Source of the DNA: Guillardia theta CCMP2712 | Taxonomy: Eukaryota > Protista > Cryptophyta | NCBI RefSeq assembly: GCF_000315625.1 | Contig: NW_005434593.1 | Coordinates: 104,254 to 168,253 of the forward strand | Reading direction: 5' to 3' | Length of the DNA: 64,000 nt | Shown: positions 25,927 through 36,702 of the stretch, piece by piece | How the letters are laid out: each line of letters opens with the position of its first letter | Position numbering within the stretch: the stretch's first letter is position 1 | Program-made: the position numbers and the translations under genes | The notes under the pieces: model-generated | Seen by the model: only the letters and a program-made list of their open reading frames with translations | The model's database searches: none | What the model was told of the DNA's origin: nothing

Positions 25927-27085
25927 TTAATCGTCCTCATCGTCGTCGCCCTTGGCCGGCTTCGTGTCCAATTTCTTCCGGCTGTTGAGCAAGTCAGGAG
26001 GACACAAGGTGGAGGTAGAGTACTCACAGCTCTCGGGAAAGGTCCTCGATAGACTCCTTCTTCTTGTACTTCTGCTTGGCGATCTCGAAGGGGTCGGACT
26101 TGGCGTACTCGCCAGTGGAGGAGGCCGGGCGAGGCTTTGACTCAGTGATGACGCTGACGCCCATCCTGGCAGCTGCCTCCTTCTTCTCCTTCTCCAGAAG
26201 CTTATTCACTACCTTAACCTTCCAATCATTGGGGTCCTCGTTCCCCCCCACGATCCGAAGGACCGACCTGAACGCAGCAGCTCAATCTCTCGCTCCCTCC
26301 AAGAAACACTCGTCCACCTCCCTGTGATCAGCCCTGAAAGAATATCGGCGACGAGAAACGCTCCGCCAAGGACCTGAGGAGCCATCAGCAACATTCGAGC
26401 AGGCTGGAGGCAACGGCATTCTCGCACCCCCATCTTCTTCCCGTTGATCTGGTCCAGCTCGATGATCTGTTCGCCGTCTGAACTCTGTCACGATGTGAGG
26501 GCACAGGAGGTGTAGAGTGAGCGCAGCAGTGTAGTCTCTCAGACCTCGGTGGCGCTTTCGGTGGAGCTCTCCTCAGCTACGGCAGCTTTCGAGGCGGCAA
26601 GGGAGGAAGCAACCTGGTTGACCGCATGAGTTCCCAGTAAATTCATGACAGGACCAAGCTACCATGCTCCCTGCGAGGAAACGCAATGCCGAGGATCGGC
26701 TCATCACTCCCTCCTTAGCATCATCTAACGCAGCAAACTCAGGGGTCAGTATCATCCCATAATTCAAAGGCATAGAAGAAACACCAATAACAACATAAGA
26801 GCACACCAGTACACCAGCATGACAACATTATAACATAACAAAACATCTCTGAACACTTGTCCTCCAGCACTCATGCATCTCCTCCGACTCACCCACAGCG
26901 CTGCGAAGTGCACGCAGGCCGCAAGTCTGGCTGATGGCGCGGGAGGAGGGTCTCAGCATGCTAGAGCGACAAGGGATCGACTCCGAGCTGAGAGAAGCAA
27001 AGGATGAAGACACTGAGTGAGGAGGAAGAAGAAATCCTGCGCTCATTGTAGGCAGCGCCAGTGCCATAGCAACCACAGCCGCCAT
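25927..27085 (-). CDS. Putative plastid-targeted single-TM protein of unknown function
   Basis: Bipartite leader MAAVVAMALALPTMSAG-FLLP followed by an S/R-rich transit peptide. Later exons: IIELDQINGKKMG-VLGGAFLVADILSGLITGR and GGNEDPNDWKVKVVNKLLEK. Confidence 0.6.
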
Positions 27086-27377
27086 TGTCGGCCTCTTGTT
27101 TCCTAGGGTAGTCTTTGATCACCGGTACTTTTTCCCTGCAGAAATGTGGTAAAGTAGGGGTGGGGTCAATTAATGTCAGGTGGGTCCACTGGTCCTGATT
27201 CTTGTTCGGAGAGATTTTCAACAAAATTTCAATATATTCGATTAAAATCAAAATTATTCAATGAATATTTCATGGAATTAGTAAATTGAGGATAGAAGGG
27301 GTACAAGCGTGGATCTTGGGGGGTTGAGGATTCATCGTCATGGTGGGGCGCATGGCCATGGTTTCCTTATAGCCGTC

Positions 27378-27442
27378 ATGGTGACGGAGCTCACCGGAAG
27401 CGGAGGAGAGACAGGAGTATGGAGAGGAGCAGGAGGATGGAG

Positions 27443-27477
<35 letters not shown>

Positions 27478-29142
27478 TAGGAGCGGGAGCAGGAGCATAC
27501 CGAGGAGCATACCGAGGAGCATTTACAGTATTGTCATCAGTGAGAGGGGAGGGAGGAGGGTTGAAATGTGGAAGAGAAGCCGGACTTGCTATCGCTGAGC
27601 TCCTGCCGTCGCTCTGTTTGCGAGGAGGAGGGGAGAAGAACGCATCAGATGGAGCAGCCAAACACCCGAAGCTGTGGGACATCACGCAGGTATTGCGATT
27701 TGTGGAGAACCTGCGGTACAAGTTTGGAAACAAGACGGACACTTACAAGCGGTATCGAGCGAGCAGGAGGAGCCGTCTGGTTGCTGTTGACGACCCTGCA
27801 GATTGCTGGAGGAGAATGACATCGATGGCGAGATCCTGTGGGAAATGACAACAACCAAACTAGAAAAAGTGAAGAAATGACTCCACAGAGGTTTTCCAAA
27901 GTCTTGATTCAGAGTGCCAGGTTGGGATAGCGAGCTTGGGACATCGGGAGTTCCTGTATACCAAGATTCTGGAGTTAAAGGTAGCATGAGGAGGAGGAGG
28001 AGCGTGCTCAGCTGAGGAAACAGAGACTCGCTGGGCCGTTGCGGGGCCCCACAAAGATGGAGTTCGAGGCAGCCATGCGTGCCCAGTCCAAACCGTCCGC
28101 GAACCCTCCGAAGCGAATCGAAACACCTCAGCATCAGCATGTTGGATCACAAGGTGCTGGTGCTCGAGGACGCTGCTCGTGGCTCTCCTTCGCTCTCTGC
28201 TGAACTTGGCAGCAGCTCAAGAATTTCGTTGGAAATCCATCGACAAGATTTCCTGGGACCAGGATGGCGAGCGCAACGTCAACATCTATGTAAGCTTGAC
28301 CTGTTCATGCGATGATGCATGCTGCCTCCATCCATGATGCTATGATACCAGTGGTCGAACACAATCTCCTTGGATCTTGATTTGACTTTACATGTCAGAT
28401 AACTCTTGATGGAGTTGGAACTGTACAAAAAGATGATTTGAAGGTACGGATTGGTGCGCAGTCGTTGGACGTGAAGATCAGGAGTAAGAGATTGCACGAT
28501 CTTCCAAGAACATTCCTATTGATCATACATACGATGTTTACTCTAGATCTGAACGGCTCCAATTATCTCTACGAGCTCTCGGATTTGTATCGAGCCATTG
28601 CAACAGAAGAATCGGTAAGTCAACCATGTGTTGTTTTTCGAATTCCGATCCCTCGCCTGCGCTTCAAGATGGTGATCGCTGGCATGCTGTTGCTGACATG
28701 TCGATCATCCAGTTCTGGCGTGTGAAAAAAGACATGATTCAGCTGAAACTTCAGAAGAAAGTAGACGAGTTCTGGCCGAGCCTGTACCTGTGCAATGGTG
28801 TGCTGTGCATTTGCTGAAGTTTGAGCCAGGAAGTCAAACACTATGGAAGCAAACATGCTACAAGGGATCAAGGACAAGAAGTACAACACAGGAAATTGCT
28901 TAGATGTTTCTCGTCAAGATGTATCCTGACAGAAGGCAAACAGACGACGAGATCCTGCAAGTGATGCGGTGCATGTACGAAGAGGGGGACGACTCAATCA
29001 AGCAAACCATCGCCAAGGCCTGGGCTTACGTGACGCTGCCGGACTCCATAACTTGTTCTGATCGTTGGGTTCGCAGGCATCGGATAATATGTCGGGCCGG
29101 AAAGAAATGCCGATGCAATTTCCTGGTATTCCGCATTTCTGA
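27378..29142 (+). CDS. SAM domain fused to CacyBP/SIP-like CS + SGS domains, about 9 exons
   Basis: SAM: WDITQVLRFV...ENDIDGEILWEMTTTKLEK-VGIASLGHREFLYTKILELK. CS: ISWDQDGERNVNIY-ITLDGVG...IQLKLQKK...WPSL. SGS: VMRCMYEEGDDSIKQTIAKAW. Confidence 0.8.
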
Positions 29143-29244
29143 TAGGTGAAGGCAAAACGAGGACACACGTGCAGTGCTGGAAAGAAGACGTGTAGCATAG
29201 TTGACATGTGAAAACATGTTTGAGCGAATCTGTAGAATTGTTAT

Positions 29245-30379
29245 TTATACTGCCAGAATCCTCATGATCGACAGACTTGCAAACCAAGATGCAATTTTGA
29301 GGGGACTTCATTGAATCCAATTCACGTACCAATCCCACATGACAGCAACAATTACAACATCTCCTGCACTGTGCGCAAGAAAGGCACTGAAAACTCCTGT
29401 CTTCTTCGTGAGCAAGCAGAGGATTCGCCCAAAAACGATCAGCCCCACAAAACAAGCCATGCACAACTCAAAATCGATCTCCATTGCGGACAGGACGAAC
29501 ACATGGTAGAGCGCGTAGAAACAGGAAGTGAGCTGCAGGACAAGGTCAAGAGCTTCTTAGGTGGGATAGCAACTCTTACCCACAGAGTTACTTCTCTTGT
29601 CCCCAGCGTTCGAAGGATGAACTCCCTCCAGAAGATCTCTTCTAGGAAAGGATTCACAATGCAGAAGTAGAGGCTGAAGAGGCAGAGAAACTGAAAAATC
29701 AACATCGTCAACATCATCTGATAAACATCCTCAAAATCCTTTCTCCCCCTCCCTCCCCCCCTCCCTCCCTTGTCCCGTTCCTGGCTCCCTCCCTCCCACC
29801 TTCCCTTTCCCCCTCTTCCTGGCTCACTCCCTGCTTTCCCGTCTCCCTTCCTTCTCTCACCAGCGGGTCTGTAGACAATCCGAGCTCTTCAACGATGTCC
29901 AGCTTGTTGGGGATGATGGTATGCCCTATCGCCCAGTACATGCACACCCCGCCTATGGCGATGATGGCGAAGTAGACGAAGCCGGCGAGCAGCTGGATCT
30001 TGAGCTCCTTGGAGATGCACTGCGATGAGATCTTCAGCAGCTGCGACGACCCGAACCTGAAGGAGATGTAGAGGGCTGGACCCGAGATGCACGAGATCAC
30101 GTGGTAACCAAACATGGCTGCAATGATGGACCGTAGGAAGAAAAGGCAGAACACCATCACGACAGAGGGCGAGATCATCATGAAGAAGACTGAAAGGAAC
30201 TCTGCTCGATGGTGCGCAGCAAGGTTGACAGCATCGGTTGCAAGTGTAGACACAACCTCGATCCTGCTCTCCAGGAAGAGAGGGATGTCACTTTCGTCCA
30301 CTCTCAACCATTCGTCCGTGTCATGGTTGCTCGCATCCATAGACTTCAGGTCCGTCTCGCTCAGCGAGCTTCTCTTCAT
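29245..30379 (-). CDS. CPBP / Abi (type II CAAX protease-like) intramembrane metalloprotease
   Basis: Polytopic protein with NPFLEEIFWR (EExxxR), YHVFVL and AHSAGD motifs. Confidence 0.8.
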
Positions 30380-30482
30380 TTTTTACAGGTGATCGGAGCG
30401 AAGTTGTGTCACCTTGTCATCTTACTTGTCTTGGGACCGTTATCAACTCCTGCGTCGTGAGAGATTTCCACGTTCTGTGAAG

Positions 30483-30623
30483 ATCTCCCTGCTTCTCGCA
30501 CGTATCCCAACATCTCCATCTCCCCACATCTTCATCCTCTGACATCTTCATCTCCCTGCTTCTTGCACGTATCCCAACATCTCCATCTCCCACATCTTCA
30601 TCTTCTGACGTCTTCATCTCCCT
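30483..30623. repeat. About 67-bp tandem duplication beside the gap
   Basis: atctccctgcttc(t/c)gcacgtatcccaacatctccatc... starts at 30483 and again at 30550. Confidence 0.85.
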
Positions 30624-30747
30624 CTTCGATCTCTCCCACTCTCCTTCNNNNNNNNNNNNNNNNNNNNNNNNNNNNNNNNNNNNNNNNNNNNNNNNNNNNN
30701 NNNNNNNNNNNNNNNNNNNNNNNNNNNNNNNNNNNNNNNNNNNNNNN

Positions 30748-33700
30748 CCTGTGAAGCTCTTTTCGAAGTCGATCAACTGTTCACATGTCAATCTCGCTGC
30801 CTTCCTCCTGTCCTCCCCCTCCTTCCCAGCCTCCTCCTCCTGCCCCGCCATCCCTCCCCGGCCTCTCTTCCCCCCGGCCCCTCTCTTCCTCCTCCTCCTC
30901 CTCCTCCTCCTCCTCCTCCTCTCTCCCTCTCCACATGATCATCGTCGTCTCACCTGTTGGGTGAATCCCTTGTTGATCGCAATCTGCCTCCTACACAATT
31001 TGAGGTGCTTCCACGCGCCCTGAGACGAATTGAGACCACAGACAAGAGTATGGGAGAGAATGAAGACAGCAGCAAGAGGAGGAGGCGAGGAGGAGGGGGA
31101 GGGGGAGGGGAGGGGAGGGGAGGGGATGATGATGATGATGATGATGATGATGAGGAGGAGGAGGAGGAGTCGCACCTGAAGCGTGAAGATTCCTGACCGG
31201 ACGAGGCACATGAGCACCATGCACGCGCTGCGACTTCTCCCCATCTTGCAGTGAACGAGCACCTTCCCTCCTCTGCCGATGACGTCAGCAGACGGAAGGA
31301 GGGAGGGCAGGAGGAGGAGGACGGACTTGTGGTGCGCGGAGGAGATGAAGTCCCAGGTCCTCTCGAAGTGAACTGAGATATCCTCCTCCTTCTGCTCGTG
31401 CTCGAGGTCAGAGGAGGGAGACAGCGGCAGGCTGCCTGTTCACCTCATCTCGGATCGCGATCTTGAGGTGATGAAAGTCTGCGGGGACTGAGACCTGCGG
31501 AGGGTGAGGAAGAGGAGGAGGAGGAGGAGGAAGCGAGGAAGGAAGTGGAGAGGAGAGGAGGAGGAGGACGAGCGAGGTAGGGGAGGAAGAGCGAAGAGGG
31601 GGAGGATGAGTAGGAGGTCACCATATGGGGCTTCGCTGTGACGCTGACGATGTGCGTCAGGTTCAGATCCTTGAGCACCTGCGCAACCATGTGAGGGGAG
31701 GGGGGGGGAACAGGGAAGGAGGAGGGGGGAGGAGGAGATAGAGGAGGAGGAGGAGGAGGAGGAGCAGCAGCAAAGTTACTTGCTCATCCTCAGCAGGTTC
31801 GATTCCACTGATGAACAGCCAAGACAAGACCTGATGGAGAAGTCAGAAGGTGAGGAAGACAACAGAAACAATCAGTAGTTGACAAACTACAAACATTGTC
31901 GTCCAACTTCAACAAATATTCATTTCCCCTTTGAACAGAAATTCTTCCCCTATTTCTCTCCTCCTCTCGCATGCCAGACAACATGGTCGTGACAACTTAA
32001 CCTGTGATGGGTAGCTGTGCAACCTCCGCGACCTCCTCTGCTTCTGGGCCTCCTGCAAACAGCTGTCACCTCCTCCTCCTCCTTCAACGGTCCCTCTCTC
32101 ACCTGTGAAGTCTCTGCTTGCGCCTCGCACAGGAACCCGTAGTTCGCCTGTTTTGACGATCAACATAGAACTTTCATTCTCCTCCTCCTATGCTCCTCCT
32201 CCTCCTATCCTCCTCCTCCTCCTTCTCCTCCTTTCCTCCTCCTCCTTCTCCTCATTTCCTCCTCCTCCTTCTCCATATCATCATCATCGTCACCTGGAAC
32301 TCTGCGTATCCTCCTTGGACCATCTAAATTCTCGTCACTTCCCGTGTCGTTGAAACAATTTTCTGACCTTGATGCTCAGCATGTGCTCAGACTGCTGCAA
32401 GGCATCGAACGCATGTTTCTCTCTGCTCATAAACTACTGGAAGGTGAGATGGAGGAGGAGGAGCAGGAGGAGGAGGAGGAGATGAAGGAGCAGGAGCAGG
32501 AAACAAGAAAAGATTAAGGAGGAGGAGGAAGAGGAAGAGCGAATTGAACGAGGAGGAGGAGGAGGAGGAGGAGGAGGAGGAGAGGGCGGATCTGCAGTCT
32601 AATCATTCTCACCTCTCCCGTCTCGCTGATCAGCACAGCATGTCTCCCCCAGCGATTGCGACAGTCTTCCAGGAGGATCGAGCCGAAGACGTGCTGAGAG
32701 CTTGTGAGGCAGGAAGACAACACCTCACGGACTTTACCTCCTCCTTGAAGGCTTCCGAACTCCTTGTGTCAATCAAGATGTGACCCTATCATCATCGTTA
32801 TCTCCATCATCATCGTCGTCTCCATCATCATCATCGTCATCTCCATCATCATCATCGTCATCTCCATCGTCGTCGTCGTCATCATCTCCATCATCATCAT
32901 GACAAACAAAACATAATTAACTCTCCATCATCCTTACCGCCATGCCATCGACGATCATGTTGTACACGTACTGAACATCGACCAGTTCATAGTCTTCAAC
33001 TTTTCTCATCAGAGGCTCTGAGATCTGTCGCAGCCCCCAGAACGTCGGAGAGAGGCTCATCTTGAAATCATCGTGAATCTCCTCATCAAATCCGGAAGAG
33101 GAAATCCTGCAAGAACAAAGTCACTTCTCACCGCTCTCTAATCTCTCAGCGCAACATGCAGGACAGTAAACATATCCATGAAGCATTTCTGAGAACAAGC
33201 ACACACGACGCGTCAACTACGATGTTCACAAGGGGAGAAGCATACATTCGCACACCGTAACATTCAGAGCAGAGGAGAATACTTTGTATGCAGTCAAATT
33301 CACACTACTGGAGCTACACGTACATCATCGCTTGTTCGTTCTCACCTCAACTTTGACGATCTCCTGTTGATCGGCGAGGAGTTTGCAGACAGACTTCCAG
33401 TCACCCGAGCAAACGGGTTCGGCATCGCCCAGGAGGACTCGGAGGGGAGGAAGGAGCCGCGGGTGTTGGTCGAGGTCAGAACAGCGCGGCAGCTGGAAGC
33501 GTGAAGCTTGTCGGCGCTGGTACCATAGGGAATTAAATAGCCACAGGAGAGATGGAGAAAAGGGGAGAAGAGGGAGGAGGGAGGAGGAGGAGGAGGAGGA
33601 GGAGGAGGAGGAGAGAGGATAGTATGAGGTTCATCGTCACCTCGCAGGGCCGTCGAAGGAGAAATCGCTGAACTCCCTCGTTCTGTCCTTTGTCAAATCT

Positions 33701-34113
33701 TCCCCGTCCTCGTCCAACGAGCTCCTGCCGGGCATGTTGCTGATGATTCTCATCCCATAGCGCGACATGTCCTCTCGATGCTTCTGCTGCACACTGTTCA
33801 AGGGAGACAGGTGCTTGCCATGGTTCCCCTCCCAGGGCAACTCGCTAGAGCCGGAGGCGTACACAAGGCTGCTCGACTTCCTTGTCCTGAACATCTCCTG
33901 CACCGAGTCCGACGTCGCCCTCTCCATCTTCAACGGGGATCGAGCATCGTCCAATGAGTCGCTCATGGGCAGCGGAGCTAACTTGACGAACATGTTGCTG
34001 TGGAGCTTCAACGCTTCGTGACCGGCATGTCCGAGGTAGAAGTCCGTGTAGCGTCGTTGGACGTTCCTCGACGCCACTCTCGCTCTCATCTCGTCTTCGA
34101 CTTGTATCACCAT
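30748..34113 (-). CDS. Dual-specificity phosphatase with rhodanese-like domain (MAP kinase phosphatase-like); 3' end runs into the gap
   Basis: Catalytic loop VLVHCKMGRSRSA (about 31227-31256). Supporting motifs LKDLNLTHIVSVT, YPSQ, INKGFTQQ-LIDFE, and rhodanese-like ILIDTRS. Confidence 0.85.
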
Positions 34114-36702
34114 CGCAATTCTTCAGCTTCTTCTGGTCTCAGCTGCAACCATCAACCGCGCGCAAGCCTGCCAGCATGTCAGTACGGAATCCGGCTTGAC
34201 GTTGTTTGTGCCTCCCAACTTTCCAGACTGATCCCTCCTCTCCTACTTTGAGGCACCCTTCAACGAATTTATCAAGAAAGCTCTTTCAGCCTGAAATGAT
34301 CGCACCTATGCCAAAATTTCCCACGTCCACGCCCTCTGTTCCCCTTGCCCTCGTCCTCACCAACCATTTTTCAGAACAACTTTGTTGGACCTCTCCTCAC
34401 TTCTTCCCTTCAGCTTCTGAGTCTCGAGCTTGTTGTATCACGCTTACACTTGCACTTCAGCTCACCTCTGTGCTGACCTGCCATCCCTCTCTCTTCCTCC
34501 TCACGGCTTTCTATGCTCAGCTCCCCTAGAAACTCTTCGAACCTCTCTTCGGATAACTCCCACCAGGGTAAGTGAGCGCTTCCTGCTCCTCATCTACAGC
34601 ATTCAGCCTCTCCTCCCCTCTCCTCCTCCTCCTCTCTTCATGCTACCGCCATCCTCTCCTCGCTTTCCCTCCATCCCCAGCAACTCTCCCTCCATCCCGG
34701 CCCGCTCGGGCCATAGTCGCACACCTTTGGGTAGGGGAGCAACCCCGGAGTTTTATAACTGATGTTTACAAGTACACAAAATTACTCCAAAAACTATTTA
34801 AGTTTGTTTATAACAATGTAAAGCAAATGATGTGGTGAGAAGTCATCTTTATAATGTTTTCGACAACTTTAAAATACACGATTGCCTTTTATGATTGAGC
34901 TGTGGTAGTGCAACTAATTGCCGTGACCTCTAAAACTCATTTTACTTCCTGTTCGACCGACATCAGATGCGATCTCAAGACTCTTCGGAACCAAAAACAT
35001 TGTAAACACTAAAAGTAAACCTTCACCCTACCCTGTTATCTCAACCCTGCACCTACCCCCACCGTACAATTGACACCTTTTTTCACTATGATGCACGGGT
35101 CCATTATCAACGGTACATTGCGTGTCATACCCCCCACCCTCCAGAAGTTTTGCCAAGAACAAGAGATAACCCTACCCCTACCCTCCTTTGGGAACCATAA
35201 AACCACGTACCCTACCCCCTTGTTTCCTATTGATCCCATTTTAGATTTTTTTTGAATTACCCCTCAAATGTCCAGCAATGACCCCTCTTTCGCCTGATAC
35301 GTTTCAAATCCATCCTTCAAAACTTCTCAACCCTCCAAAACTTTCACTACCCCACCCTCACTTCGAGCTGACGGTTTCTTCCTTTTTTTTTGGTCGATCA
35401 CCCACCCTGGTACAAACGTTACAATTTTACCAACAGGAGCTCCCCACCCCTACTTGATGACACGTACCCCTTGAATGTCCCGTTCTAAACCCCCATCTAC
35501 GTCTGACAGCAATCTGCCTCGGTGCTGACTACCCCTATCTCCCAGCCTCCCCACCCCCCACTTCTATTGTTTGCCATGACAGGGCCCCGGCCCTCTACCT
35601 AACTTACAACCGGATAAGGTTCAGTCGATTGATTTGACCAGCCCCACCCACCACGAATGGGTACCCTACCTTCCCTCATCATCAATTCTCTTGGGAAACA
35701 TACCCGTGTTTAGACTGACATTTTTAACCCTACCCCCAAAGAAACTCCTGATATTTTGGACCCTTCCTTTTCCCCTCAAAGTACCCCGTGGACTCCCTTT
35801 GATTGACGCCCAGGTCAGAAGTAAAACGCCTCCGAAAATGGTGCTGGGGGCGATGAGACTTCTTTATTCTTAAAACAATATAGTAAACAATGTTTTAAAT
35901 ATAAAAGTAATCTTGTGAGGATAACCTGAAAGGAGTACTTTTCAATTTTACTGGTACTGGAAATGCCGAGAGTACTGGCCCCAGCTGCAAACTGGCGGCG
36001 GCAGAGACGTAGGGGGAGAGGGGGAGGGAGCGGGCGAGGAAAGGGAACGATGAAGCGACAGAGGGAGAGGAGGAGAGGAGAGAGAAGATGACAGGAGAGA
36101 GAATATGATAGGGGAGACAAGGTGAAGGGGAGATGACAGGAGAGAGGAGATGAAAGGAGAGGGAGGAAAGGAGAGAAGAGACGAAGGATAGAGGAGGTGA
36201 AAGAAGAGAGGAGATGAAAGAAGAGAGGTGATAGGAGAGAGAAGATGAGAGATGAAACCTTACAGGGGAGTGTCTGTGCTAGCCGGAAAGTTTTTCGTTG
36301 TTATCCCAGCGTATTGATGGAGGTATGTGGGAGTATCAATGAGAGAGGATGGAGAGACAGGGTGTGAAGGAGAGATAGGAAATAGAATGAAGGGATATGA
36401 AGTGAGAAACGATAAACCGATGGAAGGAAGCGAGGAAAAGGGCAAAGGCGAAGAGGTGGGTAGACAAACGATAGGCGGAGAAATGGTGCATGGTTTGGGA
36501 GTGGGAGGATGGGTGCTGATAACAAGGGTTTCGACTGCAATGGGGGATATGGAAGCAAAGAATGAAACGGTGAAGGCAAAAGAAGTCAGGGTCCTTCTCT
36601 TTCCTCTACAACAGAGGCAGGTAGTGTCTTCGTGCTAGCTGGCTTATGGTTATCCCGACGGCGGTTGAAGGATGTAATATACTTTTTACTCTGCTTCCTC
36701 CT

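Noticed and set aside
35020-35830. Interstitial telomere
   Set aside because: CCCTA-like words are dispersed and never form a tandem CCCTAA(A) array.
35858-35908. Imperfect AT-rich inverted repeat
   Set aside because: Only 8 bp pair perfectly, in very AT-rich DNA, which is compatible with chance.
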